Source of the DNA: Alphaproteobacteria bacterium
Lineage (GTDB): Bacteria > Pseudomonadota > Alphaproteobacteria > Rs-D84
DNA length: 36,299 bases
NCBI GenBank assembly: GCA_017546085.1
Contig: JAFYXQ010000010.1
Location: 1 to 36,299, forward strand
Reading direction: 5' to 3'
Positions 1 to 8,592 of the stretch are shown in pieces (positions within the stretch are counted from its first letter, which is position 1; every line of letters begins with the position of its first letter). The position numbers and the translations under genes were made by a program. The notes beneath the pieces are model-generated. The model saw nothing but the letters and a program-made list of their open reading frames with translations. It did no database searches and had not been told where the DNA came from.

Positions 1-56
1 GCGTTTTAATATTGGTATGTGGTGTGTTGGTTTGTGTCATGCAACAATTTGTTGCA

Positions 57-158
57 CTGGTTCGACAATGAGTAAACGAGAACAAACAAAGTGCAGTTCG
101 AGTGCTAACGAATGCCCCACAGGCATTTTTATGCCGAGGGAATCAGCTGCCCCAACCA
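57..158 (+). repeat. tRNA 3'-end fragment (Gln-like) with a 74-nt structured insert in the T-loop
   Basis: CTGG-TTCGA-[66..139]-GAATC-AGCTGCCCCA-A-CCA. The insert shares CAATGA, CAAACnnAGTnCAG and GAATGCCCCRCAGGCAT-loop-ATGCCGAGG with the reverse complement of 26794-26866. No D arm or anticodon arm is recognisable. The Gln-like assignment rests only on the acceptor 3' strand. Confidence 0.75.
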
Positions 159-166
159 AGATTGAT

Positions 167-192
167 AAACCCGCCGATAAAGGCGGGTTTTT
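167..192 (+). terminator. intrinsic terminator after the tRNA-like fragment
   Basis: AAACCCGCC-GATAAA-GGCGGGTTT followed by T-rich sequence. Confidence 0.8.
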
Positions 193-217
193 GTTTTGTT
201 TTCTAGTATTTTCACTG

Positions 218-253
218 AGTTCGAAAGTGGTGAAAAATCACCACTTTCGAACT
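218..253. repeat. perfect 16-bp inverted repeat
   Basis: AGTTCGAAAGTGGTGA-AAAA-TCACCACTTTCGAACT, followed by a T-run on the + strand. Confidence 0.8.
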
Positions 254-267
254 TTTTTGTAATATAA

Positions 268-627
268 TTATTTACAACCAACAAAAGCCCAATTGTCGCC
301 ACCTTCGATAGGTTCTGCAATCATGGTGCGGATTGTAAAGTTTTCTTTGCATGTTCCTGGGTCGTCAAATGATACTTCTGTATAAACATGTTCTGTATCA
401 GCATATAATTCTTCCAAATTCAATTGACCACCAGCCCTAAATTTGCCATTTGGTTGCTGTTGTTTTACTTGTTGTGCCCATTCTTGTTCTGCAGGACATT
501 TATAAACCAGATGAAATTCGGTCGTTTCTATTCTTTCGCAACCTTCAAAAATGGAATCATATTTGCTGTAATCCTGGGCACATGCACTCAATGTGATGAT
601 TGGCAAAATAAAAAATAATTTTTTCAT
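268..627 (-). CDS. hypothetical lipoprotein
   Basis: 119 aa. MKK plus hydrophobic stretch and lipobox LSAC, RBS AAGGAG upstream. Confidence 0.85.
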   Translation of the reverse strand: MKKLFFILPIITLSACAQDYSKYDSIFEGCERIETTEFHLVYKCPAEQEWAQQVKQQQPNGKFRAGGQLNLEELYADTEHVYTEVSFDDPGTCKENFTIRTMIAEPIEGGDNWAFVGCK

Positions 628-732
628 GTTTTCTCCTTTTCTGTGTTCGTTATTATATTATAAATGTGTTCTTAAAATCCAGTATTTTTTGCCCGATTTC
701 CAATAACTCGGCTTGCAAATTGCATGACAAGC

Positions 733-781
733 CCAACCAATATTCAAACGCCCCGGAATGGGGCGTTTGAATATTGGTTGG
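733..781. terminator. long perfect hairpin (22-bp arms) downstream of the 795..2363 gene; terminator-like
   Basis: CCAACCAATATTCAAACGCCCC-GGAAT-GGGGCGTTTGAATATTGGTTGG. There is no clear U-tract, so the terminator role is uncertain. Confidence 0.6.
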
Positions 782-794
782 TTGTTGGTTGTTT

Positions 795-2363
795 TTATAT
801 GCATTTTCCTGTTTTCTTATCATATTTTTTGCCGGGGGTAAGGGCGCATTTTGCGGCGCGGTCTTCGTCTTCGGTGCGTTTGACACATTTATCCCCGTTC
901 CAGCGATATCCGGCGATGGTTGCGCATTGTGTTTTGTTTGCAGATTCAGCCCGTTCGGCTGCAGGTTTTATTAATTTTTTCTTATCCTTAGCGGTGGATG
1001 TAGAGCCCCCCTCAGAAGGGGTGGTGTTGTTTGTTTGGTTTTTATTATCTTTTTTCGTTTTCTTTTCTTTACTGTTTTCTTTTGATGACAGCTTACCGTC
1101 ATCACCATCTTCTTCAAATGTTTCGTCGTGTTCGTCCTGGGCCTTGTCAAGGGCCTTGTCTGCCTTGTGTCTGTCGACCGCGCGGTCAATTGCGCCCGAT
1201 GTAACCGCACCAACCGCCATACCAACACCCGAACCCATTAATGCGTTTGTGGCCGATGTTTGTGCGCGTGTTAAACGCTGGGCATTTTCCATAAAGGTTG
1301 TTATGTCAACACCAAACCAATTTGGTGTGCAATCAAATGTGGAACCGGCATATGCCTTTTTCGATGAATATAGGGTGTTATTTTCGCCCGCATAGAAATT
1401 AACAGTATATACGCAATCCAATGTGCGTTCGTCAAACATTGCGCCCAATCGACCGCATGATTCACGCATTTGATCGCGTAATTGGTATAAACGCTTTTCG
1501 TCGTTTGATACCTGCGATTCTGCATCAAGTCGCAGGGTGCCAAATACTTCCATCGTACGGGCGGGTAGGCCGCTATCCTGTTGCTTGCATTCGTTGGCAA
1601 TTTTTGAACATTTCTGAACCGCGGCATCGCCATTTTTCTTGCTAAGGCATTTTGTGAATGTTTGACCGCATTCTGCAACAATGCAACTGTTGTAATTATT
1701 GCCACAATCAACAATCGAATTATATAATGCAAATTTTGCGTTTAATTCCATGTCCGCCTTGATTTCAGTGGTAAATAGGCGATATTCTTCGCCGGTGCAG
1801 GTTATATCACGACGGCATGCATCCAATTTGTTACCAAATGTTGTGTCCGTATCACCGGAACATTTTGTAAAATCAGTTCCACATTTGCCCTGCATACAGC
1901 TGCGTAATTTCTGATCGCATTCATTTTTACCGGCGGCCATTGCAACCTTGGCCCGATTGGTGGTTGTGTTTTTTTGTTCCGCAGCATCCGCAGCGGCACG
2001 TTGTTCACGTATTTGTCGGGCAAGTTCCGTTTCAGGTTCGCCTGATATCGTGTTTTCAAACGTTTCATCCAAAACATCATCAAATTGTGATGTCTTGTTT
2101 TCTATTATTTCTGATTCTTGGTATTCGATGTCTTCGATTACGGTGGGTTCGATTTCTGTAACCGATTCGATTTGTTGCGATGTCGCATTTGATGCATTCT
2201 GATCGCGCTGAGCCGGAATTGATGATGCTGTTGACGCAACAGATTTTCGTTGTGTACGGGATACGACGTTCGCTGAATTCGATGTTGATGTAACCAATGA
2301 TAATGCAAATGCAACAAATGCAATTAATCTGATGTGCTTAACATATATATTAGTTGTTTTCAT
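795..2363 (-). CDS. exported cysteine-rich hypothetical protein
   Basis: Long ORF (ATG 2363, alternative GTG 2375). N-terminal signal-like segment, repeated C-x6-C-x4-C-x6-C units, Gly-rich hydrophobic segment, charged tail. Confidence 0.85.
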   Translation of the reverse strand: MKTTNIYVKHIRLIAFVAFALSLVTSTSNSANVVSRTQRKSVASTASSIPAQRDQNASNATSQQIESVTEIEPTVIEDIEYQESEIIENKTSQFDDVLDETFENTISGEPETELARQIREQRAAADAAEQKNTTTNRAKVAMAAGKNECDQKLRSCMQGKCGTDFTKCSGDTDTTFGNKLDACRRDITCTGEEYRLFTTEIKADMELNAKFALYNSIVDCGNNYNSCIVAECGQTFTKCLSKKNGDAAVQKCSKIANECKQQDSGLPARTMEVFGTLRLDAESQVSNDEKRLYQLRDQMRESCGRLGAMFDERTLDCVYTVNFYAGENNTLYSSKKAYAGSTFDCTPNWFGVDITTFMENAQRLTRAQTSATNALMGSGVGMAVGAVTSGAIDRAVDRHKADKALDKAQDEHDETFEEDGDDGKLSSKENSKEKKTKKDNKNQTNNTTPSEGGSTSTAKDKKKLIKPAAERAESANKTQCATIAGYRWNGDKCVKRTEDEDRAAKCALTPGKKYDKKTGKCI

Positions 2364-2377
2364 CTTTTTCTGCACCC

Positions 2378-3244
2378 TTAATCAATTGTTGCACATGCCG
2401 TGTCATAGAATTTACATAATTGTATTGCCATTGTTTTTTCAAATTCAAAATCGGCGCCGCACTGATTATTCATGTTATTTTTACATACGGTTTCAATGCA
2501 CGATTCGTAAAAACGTTTTTCCGCACAGCCTGATTTTATTTCTGCAATTTTATTTTCACGCGCAGCTGAATACCCCGCAACGATTTTGGCAAGTAATGTA
2601 TCCGCATTCTTAATCATAGAATCGCGTGTCGCCAACAATTCGCCACGTATTTCAGATATGTGTTCATCGCAACCGGACACACTTACACTGCAGGAAGAAA
2701 AGAATTTGTCAAAGTCAGTGTTCGATTCACATTTGCGAAAATCAGATGTGCAATGGTTGTCAGCAAAAATACATAACTGAATTTCTGATTCACATGCGCT
2801 GCGTGATTTTGTATCAAATGCGGTTTCCAATGCACGATTCATTTTTGCTGAAACACCCGCAGCCTTGCAGGATTGTTCAATTAACGTGTCGTATGTATCA
2901 GTTACATCGTCCGTGGTACAGCCGGTAACCTTTTTAATACATTGTGATGTCGCCCATGCGTAACGTTCGCCGGGGTCGGTTGGCGCGTTCTTCAAATCTT
3001 TGTCTGAAATGTTGTATTTTGCAGATGTGCCAACGGATACAGAACGCATCCCCTTGGGCGTTTTGGGTTCACCCGCAGATGATGTGCCACAATACTGACA
3101 ACGCGCAGCAGGATTCGCAGATAAATTTAATGCACATGCAGAATCCAAACAGCGTGTCAAATTTGCGCGTGAACATGTGGTTGCCGCGTTGGCGGTGCCA
3201 ATGGATGCGATGCTAAGTGCTAAAAATAATGTGTGTGGTTTCAT
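2378..3244 (-). CDS. exported cysteine-rich hypothetical protein
   Basis: 288 aa from MKPHTL (ATG 3244). Signal peptide ending ANA-A, many Cys, close-packed with the downstream gene. Confidence 0.85.
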   Translation of the reverse strand: MKPHTLFLALSIASIGTANAATTCSRANLTRCLDSACALNLSANPAARCQYCGTSSAGEPKTPKGMRSVSVGTSAKYNISDKDLKNAPTDPGERYAWATSQCIKKVTGCTTDDVTDTYDTLIEQSCKAAGVSAKMNRALETAFDTKSRSACESEIQLCIFADNHCTSDFRKCESNTDFDKFFSSCSVSVSGCDEHISEIRGELLATRDSMIKNADTLLAKIVAGYSAARENKIAEIKSGCAEKRFYESCIETVCKNNMNNQCGADFEFEKTMAIQLCKFYDTACATID

Positions 3245-3265
3245 ATTCTCTCTATAATTGAAAAA

Positions 3266-3294
3266 ATTATAACAAAAAATGTTGTTGGGTGCAA
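3266..3294 (-). promoter_or_regulatory. putative sigma70 promoter of the Cys-rich gene pair
   Basis: TTGCAC-N17-TATAAT on the minus strand. Confidence 0.55.
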
Positions 3295-3315
3295 AGAAAA
3301 AATATAAAACAGAAC

Positions 3316-3343
3316 TTGACAACGTTGATATTTTGTCTATAAT
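3316..3343 (+). promoter_or_regulatory. putative sigma70 promoter
   Basis: TTGACA-N16-TATAAT upstream of RBS AAGGAG. Confidence 0.7.
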
Positions 3344-3375
3344 AAATTATGTAAGTAATAATTAAGGAGCTTATT

Positions 3376-4053
3376 ATGTCAAAAAATAATGAATTTGATT
3401 TTGATTTTACGCCAGAGTTCGAAGAAGAAAAGGCTAATAATAACGATAATTTTGGGGCAGAAGAAGACAAGGTTGAATGGGTGAAGCCAAAAAAAGACTG
3501 GGTTAAAATTGTATCGCATTGTGGTGCGGGGACTATTTTTGTGGCATTGCTTATCCTGCTTGTAGCAAAATCATGTAATGATAGTAATCAGGAAGAAAAT
3601 TTGCGTGCCTGGCAAAATGCGTATAATTCGATGAAAGATAATAGGGATCGTTTGTTTAATGATTCTATAGATAGTGCCGAGAGAAATAATACTTTGATGG
3701 GAAAATTGGCTTATTATGAGACAGAATTGGGGATGGCGCAAGATTCTTTGGTTGCGTATAAGGATTCTTTAAAGCTGCTGAATCAAAAATTAGAAGATTG
3801 CAGCAAACCAAAGAAGGTGTATTCTAAAAAGAAGACCACACCCCTGAAAAAGAAGACGCCTTCGGCGATTGATACTCTTCGTTATCCGTCTCTAAGAAAC
3901 AAAACAAAAGCTGAAAATACGGTGATAATCAATGGTGATAACAATAATGTTGTTATTAACCAAAAGGATAACAGCGTAAAGAAAGAGAATGATACAATTC
4001 GTATCAATATTAAAAAGACAATTAATTTTAAATATTCTATAAAAACACGCTAA
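3376..4053 (+). CDS. hypothetical single-pass membrane protein with coiled-coil region
   Basis: 225 aa. Strong RBS, acidic N-terminus, one TM segment (IFVALLILLVA), basic C-terminus ending KTR. Confidence 0.85.
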   Translation: MSKNNEFDFDFTPEFEEEKANNNDNFGAEEDKVEWVKPKKDWVKIVSHCGAGTIFVALLILLVAKSCNDSNQEENLRAWQNAYNSMKDNRDRLFNDSIDSAERNNTLMGKLAYYETELGMAQDSLVAYKDSLKLLNQKLEDCSKPKKVYSKKKTTPLKKKTPSAIDTLRYPSLRNKTKAENTVIINGDNNNVVINQKDNSVKKENDTIRINIKKTINFKYSIKTR

Positions 4054-4077
4054 TTCTTGGTCGTTGTGTAGAAAAAT

Positions 4078-4109
4078 AAATGTCTGCAATCTTTGCAGGC
4101 ATTTTTTTT
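4078..4109 (+). terminator. intrinsic terminator
   Basis: AAATGTCTGCAA / TTGCAGGCATTT stem followed by a T-run. Confidence 0.75.
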
Positions 4110-4172
4110 GTTTTTTGGCTAGACACAGAAAGCATTCTTGTGATAATATTATTCTTATAAGAGAGAATATAG

Positions 4173-7100
4173 ATGAAATTTATCAGAATATTGTTGTTTA
4201 CTTTGTTTGTTGCGCCGTTCGCGGCAAATGCTGCGACATCTGAATTTGTAATGGCGGCACAATTGTTGGCGGCAGCGAAAAATGCTGATATTCAGCAGGT
4301 GCAGGCATTGGTTAACAATGGTGCAAATGTGAATTTTATTGACGCAACCGGTGTTTCGATTGTTTGTACGGCATTGATGAATAATGATATTCGTGCGGCG
4401 CAGATTTTACAGATGTATGGTGCCGATGCATCAAAATGCGATCGTCAGATTAAGCAATATAATAATAAAACCAAACCAAGGGATAGGGGTGGGCTGTTCA
4501 GTGGACTGTCGTCAGCCCAGACCATTAGTTTAGCGGCGGCGGGGGCCGCCGTTGTTGTAGGGGGGCTGCTGTTGTTGACAGATGTGTTTGACCCTGGGAA
4601 TGGAAATGATTCGTCTTCTGGTGGTGGGAATCGACCGGGTGGCGGTGGTGGTGGGGCGGATGCCGATGGTACGGCTGCATTTACCGTGCCGTATAGTCCA
4701 GCATATCTTGGGACAGATGGCAAGATAAATACTAGTAACGCAACGTATTTGGCAAATTTGCAATCGTATAATCCGGCCGCAGGTGGTCTGCGTGAACAGG
4801 ATTTTAATTATTTCAGACCGTCTGAACAATCGTTAAATAACTATTTGGTGGATGGAATAGCGGTTCCGCTGCAGAACTATCTGTTGATGATGCACGGTTA
4901 TTCTGCGTTTGCAAATGAATATTTAGGCCAGTCTATATTCCGAGATGCGTCCAAAAATCCAGTTGTGGTATCAAATGCAACAGGCGGCGGAGCCCCTGTG
5001 CGTGTAGGGTTGGTTACTGCAAATGGGATAAATCCAACCGGGGCCGCCGCGCGGGCAGGTGGTATTGAATATGCGTCAAGTGCTGCTGCAGATGCGCCAG
5101 TGTATTTGGTGGACAAGTATTTGAATTATACAAATCCAACAGTTGTGCCCGCGACAGATGATGTACCACAGTCTATTAAAATGGGGACAGAATTGGCGAA
5201 TTTTGATTTGTCAGGTATGGGGACTGCGATGAACCCGTTTGCAAGTTCGTATGATAGTGCCCTTGGGAAAATAATTTCTGGATGGGAAGCAGGTGGTCGT
5301 GTTACTGGTGATTTGATGGGATTTGTCCCTAATGGTCAATTGGGGGTTTTTGTTACTGGTAATGGAAAACAGTGGGTTGATATTGAAAATCCAGAAGAAG
5401 GTGCTGTTATCGGTACGATTGATAAGGTTGGTGATAAACCAAATGCGATTCAAATCGGGGATAAAATCGTAATTAATGGGGTTGATTATGTCATTGGTGC
5501 CGCGTTGACAGATACTACTATTACTAATCCGACAATTACGGTAAATGGTACGATATATAAATTGGCTGAAAATTCAGATATGTTAATAGCAAAATGTGAT
5601 GGTGATGAAACTGTATGTGCAGATGTATCTGATGTCGCAATTTATCAGGGAACAGATGGATTGTTCTATGTAAATTCAATGGGGGGAAATTCTATTAATG
5701 CTGTTTATACGGTGAATTCTGGTAATTTATATGCCGCTAAGGAATTACAAGATGCTGATTTTAAGAATTTTGAAGCTTTATATCTTGCACGTGGTGTAAC
5801 CAGTGATGTTATTGCAAATGCTGGTTTAATTGATGCTTCACGCGCGATAGATTATTTGTCAGTTAGTGGATTTAAAAACTTGATTGATTATGTCGGGGGG
5901 ACGCCTGTGCAGTTATATGTTGATAGAATTAATATGGCATATGATAGAAATTCGGATGATGTAAATTCGCAGGGGCAGTATGCAAACGGAATGTTTGGTG
6001 CATATAGTGCTGGGGCGCCGATTATTGTTATGCCTGCGGGGGAATTTGCGTTTGGAAACGGGGCTGGGAAATCAGCGACGGTATTGGATGCGACATTTGA
6101 AAATTATGCGCCTGCGTTGTATGATAATAATTTAAATCATATGTTTATGACAGTTGTTGCAGTTAACCATAAAAAAGGAACTGATGCTGCGACATCCATT
6201 GAAAATTATGGTAATGGCACGGGCGACAGTTTTGGAAAACTTGGGTTATCGACATGGGTTGATAATGGTGGAACAACCGATGTTGCCACTGATGATATAA
6301 CATATATGTCCCGTAAATGTGGCGCAACAGGGGTTGGCGTTGGATCAATTGATCCATGGTGTTTTGCTGCTGCAGGTCCAACTGCTGAAATGGCGACAGC
6401 GACTGCTGCGGGGGCTGTTGCATCGTTACAGGGGGCGTTTGATTATATGACAAATCCGCAGATTTATTTGTTGATGGCATTGACATCTGATGGTTATTTG
6501 TTGGGTACAGATAATTCTGGAAACACATTTACAGTGGATACATTAAAATCGTATTTGCAGGCAATGTATGCGTTACCGGGTGAATACAATGAATCAACAT
6601 TATCATCAGCGGATTATTTGAAAAGTTTTGCTGAGGTTTACGGATATGGTTTGATAAATCTTGAACGTGCAATGACACCTGGTAAATCGGTTTATTTCTT
6701 TGATGGAAATAAAATTGTTTCTGCGAATGGTAATGCGTATTGGCGTGCGGCAACAGGTACCAGTTTTAAGCCGTCTTCTGTGCTGAATATACGTGGTTCA
6801 ACGGTTCGTGCGCCGTTCTATGATGTGTTACAAAGTGTTGATGGAAGTTTGTCTTTGCCACGTGTTTGGGAAAATGAATTTGCAATGGGAAACGATGATA
6901 AACGTGGTTTGTATATGGGCGATGTCTTGGGTGATTTGAAAACACGTCGTGAAGATGCATTGACAACGAATGTTGGAAATATGTCTTTTTCAATGGCGAT
7001 GTCAGAACGTGCGTATGCAGATAATTTTAATGGACTTGATTATTTAAGTCTGGGATATAAATCGGGGAATTGGAATTTTGGTGCATCGTATCAGCACTAT

Positions 7101-7910
7101 TTGACAGATGGTATGTCTAGATTTGATGGTGTTGCAAATCCTGTTTTGGGATTGATGTCAAATGCTGTTGTGTCTGATGTAAAATATAATTTGGGAAATT
7201 TGTCATTTGGGGCACGTGCATTTTCTGGGGCGATTACAGACGAAGGCTTGCTTGAAAATGATCCGACGATTACTGCGGAATATATACCTGCAACGTTGGG
7301 GTTGATGCAGGGGGCGCAGTCTGATGTTATGTGGTCGAATGATAAATTTGCGTTTGGCGCAACCCTTGGTATGGCGCGTGAAACGGATACGTTGCTTGGT
7401 GCATATACGGATGGTTTACTAAATTTTGGGGCAGGTGATACAACATATGTTGATTTGGTCGCAAAATATAATCCGACAAATTTGCTGAATTTTATGGCGC
7501 GCGCAACATTTGCCCATACCACGTCTGATGCTGCGGGCAATTTTGTATTGGGTTTATCTGATATTAATTCTAATTCATTTGCGGTTGCGGCAAATGTTGG
7601 GAATTTTGAATTTGCGGTTGCGCAGCCTTTGGCAATAACGGCTGGAACAATGAAATACGCATATGCGAATTATGATGTTGTTGGAAATGGGGATATGTAT
7701 GAATTAGACGTTGTTGATACACATATTGCTGATTTATCATTGCGTCCTGATAAACGTGAATTGCGTTTTAGTGGTACGTATCGTCATAATTTTGGTGAAT
7801 TTACAGATGGGGCATTTGGGTTTATTTATCGTGTAAATCCAAACCATACTGATGATTTTGGAAATGAATCTATATTTATGTTGAAAATGACCCATCGTGT
7901 GGGGATATAG
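4173..7910 (+). CDS. large exported protein: ankyrin-like N-terminus, degenerate S8 subtilase-like domain, C-terminal beta-barrel-like region
   Basis: 1245 aa. Signal peptide, ankyrin-like LLAAAKNADIQQVQALVNNGANVN, S8-associated motifs CG...WCFAAAG and YGYGLINLERAMTPG, alternating beta-strand C-terminus. Catalytic motifs are altered. Confidence 0.8.
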   Translation: MKFIRILLFTLFVAPFAANAATSEFVMAAQLLAAAKNADIQQVQALVNNGANVNFIDATGVSIVCTALMNNDIRAAQILQMYGADASKCDRQIKQYNNKTKPRDRGGLFSGLSSAQTISLAAAGAAVVVGGLLLLTDVFDPGNGNDSSSGGGNRPGGGGGGADADGTAAFTVPYSPAYLGTDGKINTSNATYLANLQSYNPAAGGLREQDFNYFRPSEQSLNNYLVDGIAVPLQNYLLMMHGYSAFANEYLGQSIFRDASKNPVVVSNATGGGAPVRVGLVTANGINPTGAAARAGGIEYASSAAADAPVYLVDKYLNYTNPTVVPATDDVPQSIKMGTELANFDLSGMGTAMNPFASSYDSALGKIISGWEAGGRVTGDLMGFVPNGQLGVFVTGNGKQWVDIENPEEGAVIGTIDKVGDKPNAIQIGDKIVINGVDYVIGAALTDTTITNPTITVNGTIYKLAENSDMLIAKCDGDETVCADVSDVAIYQGTDGLFYVNSMGGNSINAVYTVNSGNLYAAKELQDADFKNFEALYLARGVTSDVIANAGLIDASRAIDYLSVSGFKNLIDYVGGTPVQLYVDRINMAYDRNSDDVNSQGQYANGMFGAYSAGAPIIVMPAGEFAFGNGAGKSATVLDATFENYAPALYDNNLNHMFMTVVAVNHKKGTDAATSIENYGNGTGDSFGKLGLSTWVDNGGTTDVATDDITYMSRKCGATGVGVGSIDPWCFAAAGPTAEMATATAAGAVASLQGAFDYMTNPQIYLLMALTSDGYLLGTDNSGNTFTVDTLKSYLQAMYALPGEYNESTLSSADYLKSFAEVYGYGLINLERAMTPGKSVYFFDGNKIVSANGNAYWRAATGTSFKPSSVLNIRGSTVRAPFYDVLQSVDGSLSLPRVWENEFAMGNDDKRGLYMGDVLGDLKTRREDALTTNVGNMSFSMAMSERAYADNFNGLDYLSLGYKSGNWNFGASYQHYLTDGMSRFDGVANPVLGLMSNAVVSDVKYNLGNLSFGARAFSGAITDEGLLENDPTITAEYIPATLGLMQGAQSDVMWSNDKFAFGATLGMARETDTLLGAYTDGLLNFGAGDTTYVDLVAKYNPTNLLNFMARATFAHTTSDAAGNFVLGLSDINSNSFAVAANVGNFEFAVAQPLAITAGTMKYAYANYDVVGNGDMYELDVVDTHIADLSLRPDKRELRFSGTYRHNFGEFTDGAFGFIYRVNPNHTDDFGNESIFMLKMTHRVGI

Positions 7911-8023
7911 TTTTTTTTGCAAAATATAGAACGAAGTATTGTTGTGCTTATAAAAAAGATATATGGGTTAAATATAGAATATGCTTTGTTAATTGTGTTT
8001 TTTATATTGTCAGATGTGGTTAG

Positions 8024-8053
8024 AAAAAAAAATCCCGCAAATGCGGGATTTTT
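8024..8053. terminator. bidirectional intrinsic terminator
   Basis: A-run-TCCCGCA-AA-TGCGGGA-T-run between convergent genes. Confidence 0.8.
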
Positions 8054-8060
8054 AATTTCT

Positions 8061-8519
8061 TTAAAATGGGATATCGTCCCCGATATCAGATACAGATATT
8101 TCTTCGCGTGGTGCAGAAGTTGTAGCAGATGGGGCACCATATTCACCAGATACGCCGTCCATTGTTTTTGCGCCACTTAGGATAACCATTTGACCTGCGA
8201 ATGGGTTCAGTACAACTTCTGTTGTGAATACGTCTGCGCCAGATTGATTCTGCCATTTGCGTGTGCGCAGAGATCCTTCGAGATATAGTTTTGTTCCCTT
8301 TTGCAGCATGCGTTCTGCGACATCAACCAAGTTTGGATTGAAAATAACAACACGATGCCATTCGGTTTGTTCTTTCTGTTCGCCTGTGGTGCGGTCGCGC
8401 CAACGGTCAGATGTTGCTAATGAAAAACTGACCACTTTTTGACCGCTGCCCATTGTGCGAACCTGAGGTTCCTGACCAATATTCCCAACGAGAATTACCT
8501 TATTTATGCTGCCTGCCAT
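8061..8519 (-). CDS. ssb: single-stranded DNA-binding protein
   Basis: [21 protein letters not shown]-terminal DDIPF. Confidence 0.98.
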   Translation of the reverse strand: MAGSINKVILVGNIGQEPQVRTMGSGQKVVSFSLATSDRWRDRTTGEQKEQTEWHRVVIFNPNLVDVAERMLQKGTKLYLEGSLRTRKWQNQSGADVFTTEVVLNPFAGQMVILSGAKTMDGVSGEYGAPSATTSAPREEISVSDIGDDIPF

Positions 8520-8592
8520 AATTCACTTCCTTTGTTTTAATTTTTTCTATGCTTCTATTTGAGCAATTATGGTGTAAAAATGCAAGTTGTTT

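Noticed and set aside
57-158. Intact intron-containing tRNA gene
   Set aside because: No convincing 5' acceptor strand, D arm or anticodon arm precedes the T-stem in either copy, and the insert is far too short for a group I or II intron.
17-262. 81-aa Cys-rich ORF on the + strand
   Set aside because: It runs through the tRNA-like fragment, a terminator and a perfect hairpin and has no RBS, so it is better explained as non-coding.
653-1395. ORFs 653..886 (-) and 724..1395 (+) with similar TNIQTP..GAFEYWL peptides
   Set aside because: The similarity comes from reading the 733-781 palindrome on both strands. The long one is the antisense shadow of the real gene.
7826-8180. ORFs 7826..8176 (-) and 7917..8180 (+)
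   Set aside because: They cross the bidirectional terminator and overlap ssb, and have no RBS.
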